IMG/VR virus record: IMGVR_UViG_3300025082_002887
Span: 20,702 to 84,701 of that record
Strand: one strand, 5' to 3'
Length of the DNA: 64,000 bases
Origin: a virus
In this document: positions 19,138 to 29,800 of the stretch, one piece after another
How the letters are laid out: each line of letters starts with the position of its first letter
How positions within the stretch are numbered: position 1 is the stretch's first letter
The notes under the pieces: model-generated
Told to the model about the DNA's origin: nothing
What the model saw: the letters and a program-made list of their open reading frames with translations, nothing else
Database searches by the model: none
Translations under genes and position numbers: made by a program

Positions 19138-20022
19138 ATGGCTAAATGCTTAGTTACGGGTCATAAAGGATATATTGGCTCAAAAGTATATGCAAGATTA
19201 AAGGAATTAGGACACGAGGTACAAGGAATAGATCTTTTTGATGGTTATGATATATTAAAAGATTTAAAAGAATATAATGAACCAATGCGTGGTCGTTTCC
19301 ATCCACATTATCATGAGTTCAAGCCAGAATATATTTTTCATTTAGCCTGCATCCCGCGTGTTGCTTATAGTGTTGAAAACCCTGCGCGTACAATGAAAAA
19401 CAATGTTCTAGCTACGACATATATCCTTAATTTTGCTAGAAAAAGAAATGTAAAGCGCGTTATTTATTCTGGATCGTCTTCAGTCGTTGGTAATGGATCC
19501 GGCCCGAGCAGCCCATATGGATTACAAAAATTAATTTCAGAGATGGAATGTAAATTGTATTCTGATTTATATGGATTAGATACTGTTTCTTTACGTTACT
19601 TTAACGTATATTCTCCAGATCAAGAGGCAAGCGGCCCGTATGCAACGGCAATCGCAAATTGGATGCAATATATTAGAGATGGCAAAACTCCATATATAAC
19701 TGGTAACGGGGAACAAAAACGCGATATGGCACATTTAAATGATATAGTGTCGGCAAATATTTTTGCAATGGAACATAAAAAGGATTTCAATGGACAACAT
19801 TTTGATGTTGGGACAGGTAGCAATATTTCTTTAAATGAAATTAAGAATATTGTTTTAGATTATTTTCCAAATATAAAATTTGATTACACTGAAGAAAGAA
19901 AGGGCGATGTACTACACACACAAGCAAATATATTGCCTTTAAAAGAGTTAGGATGGCACGCTAAAGTGAACATCGTTGATGGCATTAACGAATGCTTTAA
20001 AATATTAAAAGAAAGGAGTTAG
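19138..20022 (+). CDS. NAD-dependent nucleotide-sugar epimerase/dehydratase
   Basis: VTGHKGYIGS, FHLA, SPYGLQK (YxxxK), LRYFNVY, GNGEQKRD. AGGAGG RBS. Confidence 0.9.
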   Translation: MAKCLVTGHKGYIGSKVYARLKELGHEVQGIDLFDGYDILKDLKEYNEPMRGRFHPHYHEFKPEYIFHLACIPRVAYSVENPARTMKNNVLATTYILNFARKRNVKRVIYSGSSSVVGNGSGPSSPYGLQKLISEMECKLYSDLYGLDTVSLRYFNVYSPDQEASGPYATAIANWMQYIRDGKTPYITGNGEQKRDMAHLNDIVSANIFAMEHKKDFNGQHFDVGTGSNISLNEIKNIVLDYFPNIKFDYTEERKGDVLHTQANILPLKELGWHAKVNIVDGINECFKILKERS

Positions 20023-20024
20023 AA

Positions 20025-20273
20025 ATGACACAAGATAAAAATATGTCAATGTCAGACCAAGCAGTGGGGGCCGTTATGATGGCTCTCCAAAAAAGTTTAA
20101 TGGAACAAAGCGATATTGTTCCGGTGCTAAAAGGGTTTAAATTTAGATTATCCAAACAAGGTCTTGCCGTTTTGAACCCACCTATTGTTAAGTTCAATGA
20201 GGAAACCCAAAATAATTTTCAAGAAAGTTTAGATTTTGGAGACCAAGACCATTCTGAAGATTCAACTTCATAA
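20025..20273 (+). CDS. Hypothetical protein
   Basis: AAGGAG RBS, tight packing; no recognisable motif. Confidence 0.7.
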   Translation: MTQDKNMSMSDQAVGAVMMALQKSLMEQSDIVPVLKGFKFRLSKQGLAVLNPPIVKFNEETQNNFQESLDFGDQDHSEDSTS

Positions 20274-20527
20274 TGCCCATCTATATTTATGGTTGTGATA
20301 ATTGTGGAAGTGAAACAACAGTCAGCCATTCAATGACTGAAATAATAGAAGACTGCGAAGTATGCGAAATTTCTAGTTCTTTAACTAGAAGGCCTTCTAT
20401 GTTTTCCAATATCAAAAAGAAACCAGAACAAAAACAAAAAGTTGGTGACTATGTTGAAGGCTTTATAAAAGAGGCTGAACAAGATTTAAAACAACAAAAA
20501 AACAATTTGAGGAAAAAGAATGATTGA
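20273..20527 (+). CDS. FmdB-family zinc-ribbon protein
   Basis: MPIYIYGCDNCG...CEVC. Confidence 0.8.
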   Translation: MPIYIYGCDNCGSETTVSHSMTEIIEDCEVCEISSSLTRRPSMFSNIKKKPEQKQKVGDYVEGFIKEAEQDLKQQKNNLRKKND

Positions 20528-20822
20528 AATATTATTAGGAGTATCCATTTTAATTAATGGATTTTTGATATGGTATGTTGTTAAGTTAATAAAGAAATTT
20601 CTTAATATTTCTGAAGAGTTAGAAGGGCTTTTTATTCTCTTAGAAGAATATGCGGAGCATGTAGACTCTGTATACAATTTAGAAAGATTTTATGGCGACA
20701 CGACATTGGAACATTTAATGAGACATTCTAAATCTATAGCTGAAATAGCCAAGAATTTTCGAGTTATTTATGATGTAAATTATGAGTTAGAAGAAGAGGA
20801 AGATGAGGAAGAGGAAGAATAA
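20520..20822 (+). CDS. Small membrane-anchored protein with acidic tail
   Basis: Hydrophobic N-terminal helix (ILLGVSILINGFLIWYVV), a coiled segment and a poly-Glu C-terminus. Confidence 0.65.
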   Translation: MIEILLGVSILINGFLIWYVVKLIKKFLNISEELEGLFILLEEYAEHVDSVYNLERFYGDTTLEHLMRHSKSIAEIAKNFRVIYDVNYELEEEEDEEEEE

Positions 20823-20825
20823 TGT

Positions 20826-21521
20826 ATGGCCGGCAAAAGAAAAAAAAACCACTACTTTACTAAAGTTCATGAGCAAGCGATTATAGACTATTGCTCGTCC
20901 CATGACCAGAAAGAAAGAAACGAATTATATAATGAATTTATCGGCCCTGCCTTTAGTGAATTAGTAGACAAAATTGTTTATACATATAAATTTACTAATC
21001 TCCCAAACTGTGATTATTTGAGAGAAGATTGCAAAAATTGGCTAATAACTGTATTAAATAAATATGATCCAAATCGCGGCTCTAAAGCCTTTTCTTATTT
21101 TAGTGTCATAACAAAGAATTGGTTCATTCACAAAGTAAAGAAAAATGTACAAAGAGCTAAAAGAGAAGTATTAATCGAGAGTTATTGCGCGCCATTAAGC
21201 CAACAACAAGATGCACGCCATCCACTAGTAGTTTATAATACATTTATTGAAGATAATATAAAAAATGAATTTTGGACTGCGTTTAAAGAACAAATACATG
21301 ATTGGGAAAAATTACCTGTTCGAAATAACGAAAAAAAAGTTATTCAAGCTGTTAAAATTCTTTTCGAAGAATCTGAAAATATAGAAATTTTTAATAAAAA
21401 AGCTATTTATTTATACATAAGAGAAATCACGGGCTTGAATACTAAACAAGTTGTTAGTAGCTTAAATAGAATTAGAGTTCGATACAGGGAGTTTAAAACC
21501 AAATGGGACAAGGAAGATTAA
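20826..21521 (+). CDS. Phage late-transcription sigma factor (T4 gp55-like)
   Basis: NHYFT N-terminus and KYDPNRGSKAFSYFSVITKNWF (sigma region 2 of the gp55 type); lies directly upstream of the structural module. Confidence 0.7.
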   Translation: MAGKRKKNHYFTKVHEQAIIDYCSSHDQKERNELYNEFIGPAFSELVDKIVYTYKFTNLPNCDYLREDCKNWLITVLNKYDPNRGSKAFSYFSVITKNWFIHKVKKNVQRAKREVLIESYCAPLSQQQDARHPLVVYNTFIEDNIKNEFWTAFKEQIHDWEKLPVRNNEKKVIQAVKILFEESENIEIFNKKAIYLYIREITGLNTKQVVSSLNRIRVRYREFKTKWDKED

Positions 21522-21808
21522 AAAACATCGATGAATATATTAATGAATCGCTTTCTAATATAAGAGATGATAGAGCCGTTACCTCCACTCTTTTGACAGA
21601 GTTATTAATAGAAATGAAGAAAGCCGGCGACCTTGAGACCCACAAACAGCTTGGTTTAATCGCGTCCAAATATGTTGAAACCCTCCAGCGATCCAACGAA
21701 CAGTTAGTTAAAATCACTGCCATATTAAACAAAAGACAGCAAGGTACACTTGAGCTAGATGAAGAAGACAAACAAGAACTTTTTGATTTGATTCAGGGAG
21801 AAAAATAA
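21503..21808 (+). CDS. Hypothetical helical protein
   Basis: 101-aa ORF filling the space between the sigma factor and the hub gene. Confidence 0.7.
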   Translation: MGQGRLKNIDEYINESLSNIRDDRAVTSTLLTELLIEMKKAGDLETHKQLGLIASKYVETLQRSNEQLVKITAILNKRQQGTLELDEEDKQELFDLIQGEK

Positions 21809-21811
21809 TAT

Positions 21812-24800
21812 ATGGCAGAATGTGATTATCAAGGCGATGAGGGGTGCGAAGCGCCAGCTATATTTAAGTTGCCGGCCGGGACGCTTAATCCTCAAATTAA
21901 TGAGGTCGACCTCAATCAAAGAAGTATAAATTTTCAAGAAGAAGGTGTTTATTCTGTCCTAGGCCAAACAGTAGATGAAGCTTTTACCCCAAATAAATTT
22001 AAAGGTCTCGGCCCTTTAAATGCTATATTATTGCGGATAGAAAATCCATATGGCGAAGGCGCTTCATGCACAGCCGAAGAGGTTGCTGCGAATGCCACCC
22101 ATACTGGTGAAAAAGATCCATTAACAAAATATCGCGTACGCATACCGGAGATGTGTGTTGCTACTTTGCCGCCACCGAACAACTTAGAAGATCCTTGTGA
22201 TCAAGACAACCTTCGCATCGATGCCCACATACTTTGCGAAGCAAAAGACAGAGAAGTGATGAGCATACCAGTTAAACTTGGCCAAGTAGTCAGAGTTCAG
22301 TTCGCTTCTGGCGCCGGATTAACTAATCTTAAATACTTGGGCCCCGTCGATTCGAAGGGCACAGCGTGGGAAAAACTTGATGGACCACACAGCCCCCCCG
22401 CCGATTATGGGAAACGCTTAGAAGAATGTAAAAAAATATATCCCAACAGAGGGGCAACTGGTGACATAATTGGTATGGATACAAATTTGTGGAAAAAAAA
22501 TAGTGGGCGTACACCGCTTGTTTCGGGCATTGGTATACCCGATGGTCCTGTCATCCCCGGAGAAATACACAAAGAATGGGTTGTAAACCTGTTTAAAGAA
22601 CTAAAAAAAGAAGGTAAGTATAAAGGATTAATTTGGACTGGGGTATGCAAAAATAACGGACCAGAAGATAATCTAAATATGTTAACAAGCGCCGGAAAAA
22701 AATCTTCTATAGGCGATCCCGGGCGCTCAACTGTTATTTATATGCCAATTGGCACCGACCCCACAATCCCTCTAGAAATAATATATTGGTTCCATGATGA
22801 AGCCGGCTTTAAAAACGATAAAGAAGAATGGGATGTGCTTTGGCAATCATTGTCGGGGATGATTAAAAAAAAGAGATCTTTAAATAATGCGAGGCGCAAT
22901 TTTATTTTAGTTATACCAGAGATGTTATGGTCTAAACAAAACACTACAGTAGCCGGTATGCGAAGAAATGAAACCACGCCAGTTTCAATAAAGTTTGGCC
23001 AATTAGATGTCGCCTCTTCATCGGGCTTCGTTGGTGAAACTCGCCTGCGCCATGCGGGATACACAGACCGTCAATGGGCCGCCTGGGGCTTCTCCGCAGG
23101 CTCGCATGATACCATCAACGCCTCGTCATTCGATCGGCCGTATCCGCCGCTAGCTTTCGTGTCATTAGAAGCCGGAGAAGCAAACCCTGCTTTGGCTGCT
23201 CCCACTGCCGGCAATATGAAACTTCTTCATGAGGAAGTATTGGGCCTATTACAAAAATATTTCAACGTCACCAAGGACAACGCCACACAAATAACATTGG
23301 TAGCCGATCACAAAGGAGGCATTGCTATATCTAATTTAGCACGTCTTAACCAATTAGAAGAGTTAAATCCATCAAAAATAGTTTTAATACACGCAGATTA
23401 TAGCAGCATCGGGCAATTACCAACCCAAGGGCTAGCGTTCGCGAAGAACTCCCAGATTCCAGACGGTATAGTTTTTAATTATTTTCATGACAATGATGCA
23501 TTTGAGATTTTAAAACACATTAATGCAAACACTCGATTAGAAATACATGTATCGCGCACCTCCGGGAAAAATCCCCTGCCGCGCCAAGCGGCCCGGGCCT
23601 TTATAGGGGCACTTTCCACAATGCTGCCCACTCCACCCGGGTGGTGGGCGCCCGACCCGCTCCCGGTCCACACCTTCGACGACCGCGTGCAAAAATTAAA
23701 AGAGCTTTATCATTACGCTGGTTTGGACCATTGGAGAGGAAAAACCACTGACGGGAATTATAATCCAAACCCCGCCCTGTTTAATGCTTATAAAGCTGGC
23801 TATTCCTTAATAAATCGCACCGGGCCCGCCGCCAATATAATTCGATTGGAGCCTCCCTTTAATAATATTGTATATAAAAGCTGGGGCGCATCTGCAAAGG
23901 GAGCTTTGGCGTGGCTCCCAGCAGATAACAACGTATCGCAACCTGAAGCACTGGTACAAGAATCCAAAAAACTTGCAGGCACTTTTGATATCGAGTCCGA
24001 TGTACCCAACAGCGTAAAAGAGGCCTTTAGAAAGTTTAGCGGAAGAGCGATATTATACAGATCAGAACTGGTCGGCACTACAAAAAATGTTGCAATACTA
24101 GAACCCAGCGGTGCTAGCATTTATAATAATTACGAACTTATCTATTATTTACATGGGGATATAGGCCAGAATGGCGCCGCAAAAACATATACAGACGCAT
24201 TAGGGAATCAATTTGCAACAATGGTTGGCGACGACCGAAATGTAATTATTGTGTTAATGGATCTTGATAATCCATCATCTAACACGGGCCTTTGGCAAAA
24301 TGGCGGCTTTAATCGGTTTCATGAGGAAATTTTATCCAAAATTAAAGAAAAGTGGTCTGGCCAAAAAAAGGGAGTTAATGATGATGGAAGTATATCATAT
24401 GACACTCCAGTCCACCCCCAACCCGGATTCTTTACAATCAAAGCCAATCACGGCGGATCTCGGATTCTTAACAGTATTGTTAAAAGCTTGGATAGTTCTC
24501 TTAGAGCGCCATCACCAGGCGCCCTCCGGAGGATAGATTTATTTGATGCAAATTACGGCCCAGAAATAGGAATAATCAAACAACTAAAAAGTTGGGGTGC
24601 TTCGACGCTAGGTACTAATTTTGAAATTCAAATGGTAGTAACGCCCACTACGATTGGGAAGCCCGGCCAGCAAGGCCAGCCGGCCAACAAACAAGCTGAA
24701 AAATATCAATCAGAACCAGGAGTATGGATTATTCCGGCTTCGGTTGATCACGGTGTGCTGCCCTATGTGTATTTTTCTGCCCCAAGTAAATTAGACACTG

Positions 24801-25828
24801 GTATACCAAAGATCCCTGTTCCAAACACACCAGATGCTTTACCTTTAACTCCTCCTGGTATGAAACCCAAGGCCCCCATACCACTTGTGTATAACAAAGA
24901 TGGTCATGCATATGCTGAACAAGGCGCCCCGTATTATGGAAAAAGATTACCAGAATATGATATGCAATTAACAGCATTTTTTAAAGGCAGATTAGAATAC
25001 CACACACCATCGACAGAAGAAGTTGGAAAAATAGAAGTGTGTTTAGCGGATTCGCGCCGAACGAACAACACTACAAAAACTTCTACATCATCTACTTCTG
25101 CTGATACTCAAGATTGTAAAACAAACCCGCTTGGATTAATAGATTATAAAACATCTGATTTTACTAGTATTGCTATAGAACCAACAAAAAGAAATTTTTC
25201 TTGGGGGGCCAAAGAATTTGGTAAATATTTAAAAGATCTTGATGCTTCTATGTGGGCAAGAACTAGCCCCGCCACTAAGTGGATTATTAAAGACTTATCT
25301 CCTAAAAATGCTAATGGCGTTGATAAAGTAGGGGGCCACGCTTCGCACAGAGAGGGAATAGACGCAGATTTTAATTTACCAAAAATAGATACTACTGGCG
25401 AAGCACCAATTCCAGTAGGACTAACAACATCAGAAATTTTAAAGGCACAAGAATTAGATGTAGATAAAATGTTGGCTTTTATAATGCTTTCAAAGATGCA
25501 TGGCGCAAAAGTTTTTTTCTTAGATAAAAAGTTTTTTAAACCTTTAAGAGAAAGGGCAAATTTTATTGCAACGGATGGTATCACGGCAACAACTAAAGGT
25601 AAAACTTTAGTTATAGATAATGCACTCAGAAGCTTTTTTAGAGAACATCTATATGAAAAACCAAAAATGGTTAAAGAAATAATGAATTCACTTATACACA
25701 AGCCGGGGCATCAAAACCGAGTACACGTAAGGATCCAGCGCAAATGGGGGTCTCACGAAACAAGAGATTATCCTGGCTGGGCAATTAGGCGCCTTAAAAA
25801 AATGGGCTGTAATTATAAAGAATTATAA
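21812..25828 (+). CDS. Baseplate hub (gp5-like OB domain) with two alpha/beta-hydrolase-like domains and a C-terminal MepA-like murein endopeptidase
   Basis: YRVRIPE...GQVVRVQF (gp5/VgrG OB pattern); IIYWFHD and LIYYLHG hydrolase-like repeats; KDLS...GGHASHREGIDAD...HQNRVHVRI. Confidence 0.6.
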   Translation: MAECDYQGDEGCEAPAIFKLPAGTLNPQINEVDLNQRSINFQEEGVYSVLGQTVDEAFTPNKFKGLGPLNAILLRIENPYGEGASCTAEEVAANATHTGEKDPLTKYRVRIPEMCVATLPPPNNLEDPCDQDNLRIDAHILCEAKDREVMSIPVKLGQVVRVQFASGAGLTNLKYLGPVDSKGTAWEKLDGPHSPPADYGKRLEECKKIYPNRGATGDIIGMDTNLWKKNSGRTPLVSGIGIPDGPVIPGEIHKEWVVNLFKELKKEGKYKGLIWTGVCKNNGPEDNLNMLTSAGKKSSIGDPGRSTVIYMPIGTDPTIPLEIIYWFHDEAGFKNDKEEWDVLWQSLSGMIKKKRSLNNARRNFILVIPEMLWSKQNTTVAGMRRNETTPVSIKFGQLDVASSSGFVGETRLRHAGYTDRQWAAWGFSAGSHDTINASSFDRPYPPLAFVSLEAGEANPALAAPTAGNMKLLHEEVLGLLQKYFNVTKDNATQITLVADHKGGIAISNLARLNQLEELNPSKIVLIHADYSSIGQLPTQGLAFAKNSQIPDGIVFNYFHDNDAFEILKHINANTRLEIHVSRTSGKNPLPRQAARAFIGALSTMLPTPPGWWAPDPLPVHTFDDRVQKLKELYHYAGLDHWRGKTTDGNYNPNPALFNAYKAGYSLINRTGPAANIIRLEPPFNNIVYKSWGASAKGALAWLPADNNVSQPEALVQESKKLAGTFDIESDVPNSVKEAFRKFSGRAILYRSELVGTTKNVAILEPSGASIYNNYELIYYLHGDIGQNGAAKTYTDALGNQFATMVGDDRNVIIVLMDLDNPSSNTGLWQNGGFNRFHEEILSKIKEKWSGQKKGVNDDGSISYDTPVHPQPGFFTIKANHGGSRILNSIVKSLDSSLRAPSPGALRRIDLFDANYGPEIGIIKQLKSWGASTLGTNFEIQMVVTPTTIGKPGQQGQPANKQAEKYQSEPGVWIIPASVDHGVLPYVYFSAPSKLDTGIPKIPVPNTPDALPLTPPGMKPKAPIPLVYNKDGHAYAEQGAPYYGKRLPEYDMQLTAFFKGRLEYHTPSTEEVGKIEVCLADSRRTNNTTKTSTSSTSADTQDCKTNPLGLIDYKTSDFTSIAIEPTKRNFSWGAKEFGKYLKDLDASMWARTSPATKWIIKDLSPKNANGVDKVGGHASHREGIDADFNLPKIDTTGEAPIPVGLTTSEILKAQELDVDKMLAFIMLSKMHGAKVFFLDKKFFKPLRERANFIATDGITATTKGKTLVIDNALRSFFREHLYEKPKMVKEIMNSLIHKPGHQNRVHVRIQRKWGSHETRDYPGWAIRRLKKMGCNYKEL

Positions 25829-25856
25829 AGAATTAATAGTTATATAGAGGGAAATA

Positions 25857-26840
25857 ATGTCAGCAAATACTGTAAAACCGAGCGATCCAAAAAGAAAGGC
25901 TCCCGGGGGCAACTTACCAAAAGAAAGGATGCTCCGACAATCTGGGATTGATGGAGATCCAAATCCACAAAAAGTACCTAAATTAAATGTGCCTCCCTCC
26001 GGAGAGGTAGTATATTTTGGCCCTTATGGATCGCACATCGCGCTGGGCGGGGATCGTTTAAACCCGCGCAAAGGCTTCAAATATGGCGGAGGGAAAGCCA
26101 TGGCCGGCGTTACTGCCTGTGCCCATGTTGATATTGTCGCCGGCCTTGATTCTTTTGACACGTATAAGAATAGAATACCCACAGTACCAGTTAACCCGGA
26201 TGCATTTCGTGATGCTGCACGAGTTTATATTTCTCAAAATTGTGATGTAGACGATCAATTCACTTGCGCAGATGGCAGTATAGGAAATATAAAAAATAAA
26301 TCGGCTGCAGTCATCAAAGCTGATGGAGTTAGGATAATTGGACGAGAAGGGATTAAAATTATAACTGGAACCGACTCAGCTAATTCACGCGGCAAAACTA
26401 TAAATAGTGTTCCTCCTATCGATTTAATTGCTGGAAACGCCCCTCCTGAAATGATGCAACCCATTCCAAGGGGCATGAATTTAAGAGACGCGCTACAAAC
26501 AATAGTTGATAGAATCAATCAATTGAGTGGAATTGTTGATAATTTTTTCACCGAACAGCAAGCCTTTAATAGCGTGTTGGCATGGCACGACCACCCAGAT
26601 TTCATATCAATGGCAATTTCTGGGATTGCCACAAGCGGCACAAGTACAAAAGCTTTTTTTAATGGCAATACTTATTTTAATATGGATGTAGCGATCCAGG
26701 GATTGAAAAACCAGGCTGCCGGCATCAGAATTAAAAAAGATTTTCTACTTCACAAATGTGCGATGAGTGGTTTAGTTGTAGAATATTTAAGACCAAGCGG
26801 CCTCAAATGGATTAATAGTCGCCAAGTTAATACCAGCTAA
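25857..26840 (+). CDS. Putative baseplate spike (gp5 C-terminal beta-helix-like)
   Basis: Short beta-strand repeats (AARVYISQ, AAVIKADGVRIIGREGIKIITG) and an HxH (WHDH) tip-like motif; follows the hub gene. Confidence 0.5.
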   Translation: MSANTVKPSDPKRKAPGGNLPKERMLRQSGIDGDPNPQKVPKLNVPPSGEVVYFGPYGSHIALGGDRLNPRKGFKYGGGKAMAGVTACAHVDIVAGLDSFDTYKNRIPTVPVNPDAFRDAARVYISQNCDVDDQFTCADGSIGNIKNKSAAVIKADGVRIIGREGIKIITGTDSANSRGKTINSVPPIDLIAGNAPPEMMQPIPRGMNLRDALQTIVDRINQLSGIVDNFFTEQQAFNSVLAWHDHPDFISMAISGIATSGTSTKAFFNGNTYFNMDVAIQGLKNQAAGIRIKKDFLLHKCAMSGLVVEYLRPSGLKWINSRQVNTS

Positions 26841-26857
26841 ACAAATGAGAAACTAAT

Positions 26858-29800
26858 ATGCCTAATAATATACCTTTAACAGAAGAACAAAAAACACAAC
26901 TGTACCGCTCACTTTATACACTGTATCAAAACTTAAAAGATTCACCCGAGAAAGGTACGAATAATATTTCATTTGTTGCTTGGACCGCCCCTAAAGGAGT
27001 CCCCGGATCCGCCGGCTATATAGCCGGTTTCTATTCTCCCACACAAACTGAGTTTGTAGACACGCTAACCGCACAATACAAAGAATCCTCACAAACAATA
27101 CAACAATTTATTGTTGATACATACAAATATTATGGCTACGGACCAAAAATCAAGATTAAAGAAGAAGGAGCCGACACAACTGCAGAAAAATGGCATTTAC
27201 AAACAAAAACTTTTTTGTCAAAAGATAAAAAATATTATATTGTTCCAGTAGTATATAAGAAAATAGTTGACAACCCAGCGATAAAACAATTTTTTACAAA
27301 CCCTTCTGATACTCTTTCTAAAGACAGTAAACTACAGATTTATGGCAATAAGGAAGAGCCCGGTCATGGAATTCTTGGTGATGCTCCTGCTTCTAAAATA
27401 TTTCGAAATTCTGCAAAAGTATGGGCTCTGGAAAAGCTAGCCAGCGATTTAGCAAAAAGTATTAATCAAGACCATAGAAAAGAAGCGGAAACTATGGGCT
27501 TTCTACCTGTTGATTCTAAAAACGTTGATAATAATAATGCTGAAATGGCAGAAGCATGGTATATTGATGCGCGCCCACCTGAATACCAAAATCTATTTTT
27601 AAAAATAATGTTTGATAAAGGCTGGGTCGATGCAATCCCTCCACAACTTAGTCCTTGTGTGGACTTGCCATCATCTCGCACTGTTATGATATTTATAAAA
27701 TCATTTCAACAAGATCTAAATAATTTAGAACAAATATTATGGAAATTTAATGATCGTATTATATCTTCTAAAGTTCAAATGCCTTTTGATGCGGCGTGTA
27801 CCGCTGGAAAAGTACCAAAGATTCCTGAACTTATAAACTATCTCCTAAGATTAAATGGAAAGCCTGAAATTGATGACAAGTCCAACGCCGCCCTTCAATT
27901 TGGTTTTACCGAGGAATTAGAATTACAATATATTGCTTACAGCGAAGAACCTGAATGTTTGTGTGACGACACAAACATTAATGCATACATTTTACAAAAA
28001 GGCATCGAAGATCTTAAGAAAACTCCTCCTTTCGACTCTCCAACTAACAATGGTTTTTTATTTTATTTGCCTGAAATTATGAGAAAATATGTTCCATACC
28101 TGAACGGGCCAAAAAGTAAGTTTCTTTTTTCAGCTCAAGAGTCGTGGATACGTTTTGCTAATTCTTTTGTCTATCCAAAGCCTGAAATAGTACATGACAC
28201 ATCAGAATCTGCGGCGGATCATTTTGCAAAACAAATGGCAGCAATCGAAAAAGTAACAAAATCAGGCTTTAACGTCTTAAAAGACGCTGCGTATCTTCAA
28301 GACCCCACAATGATCATGAATTCAGATATAAGAAATTTAATTCAAGGGGCAACGAGTTCTCAAGTTGTATTTGCTGGTGATGATGTAATGATGAAGGCCA
28401 TTAAATCAGATATACTTAATTTAACATCATTATATGGGCGCCTTCTTCACAAAGTACCAATAACAGAATTAGTTAAACTTGCTGTAGCAGCTATTGTTAA
28501 ATGCACCAGCGATAGCGCGCTTAAGAAAAAATTATGTAGAACTCTTATAAAAACGATGCCAAGGATTGAGATTGAAACAAAAATATATCCATGTTTGCGC
28601 GATGGCGGCCATGAAGGTGCCATCGCTTCATTACAAAGTGCTATTGGAGGAAGAGAAAGTAAAGTTTATGAACAGGCAAGGGCACGCCATCCAGAAAAAT
28701 TTCCCGCTTCTGAAGGAATGAAAACAGAAGCCGAGATGGCAGCCGTAAATGATTTTTATTGTAATGACCCGGCACTTCAAAATGCGCTCGGTCGTTCTCC
28801 CGATGACATGTCTGAAGAATTGCTTGCTTGGCTAGAGGGCGAATATGCATCGGCCGTTTGCGATTGTATATTAACAGTTTACGGACCCGTACAAAAAATA
28901 ATTCAATTTGTAGAAGAAGCAAAAGACGAAGTTAGCGATGTTGTAGACATCCTTGGTAAAAATAAAGCTCAATCTGCAGAAGGCCAATCAACTTTTTCAT
29001 TTGACAGATATATAGCTCCTTGCAAAAAAACCGAAGACAGGATCCAGTCCTTCGGGGACGAACTTCAAAAAGGTCTAGAAAAGATGGTTCTTGATATAAT
29101 GTTAGCGGCCGTTTTAGTAGTATTAAACCAAGTTAAAAGTTCAATAATGGGAGGGCTCCTAAGAGATGTATGTAATGCAGCAAAAAGTCCCTGGAAATTA
29201 TTAGATATCACCGATGAAATAATGAATTCTCCTCTTCATGTAGATACGACTTTTCTTGATCTTAAGAAAAAGATTGGAAATATTGGAAAACTGGCCGGCC
29301 TTAGTGCCGATATAAACGATTTAATAGACGGAATTAATGCTCTTTCTAGTGAGTTCAGCCCAAGCGAAATGAAACGTCTTTTTTTCACCGAGTGTGGTGA
29401 TAACTCTTTTGATGCCGGGTTTCAATCAGTTGCCGATTCGATGGCCAAGAACCACAATGTTACCATTGAGGGACAGAACCCCGAGGTGGCCACCAATAAT
29501 ATATTTAACGACCATACTCCCACAGGCGCCGCGCTTACAGCACAAGAATCAATGACGTTAACAAACCTAGAAGACCCAGAAGCGGCACCATTAAATATTC
29601 CTCCGGCATGCCCGGCCGCCCCCGTAAATAGCCCGGGCCCCTATCACGATTTATTATCGGGCATAGGCGGACTAATGAGTCCTGATGTGTTTGATGAAGC
29701 AATAGATGCTTGGGAAAGAGCTAAATCAGAGTTTGTTGACTTATGTGATCCGGACACGCCAAATGTTCTGGGGGACAATGTTTCCGAAGGTGATATTAGA

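Noticed and set aside
25811-25835. Tandem AATTATAAAG repeat at the end of the hub gene
   Set aside because: Only about 2.5 copies of an AT-rich 10-mer; most likely a slippage duplication with no evident function.
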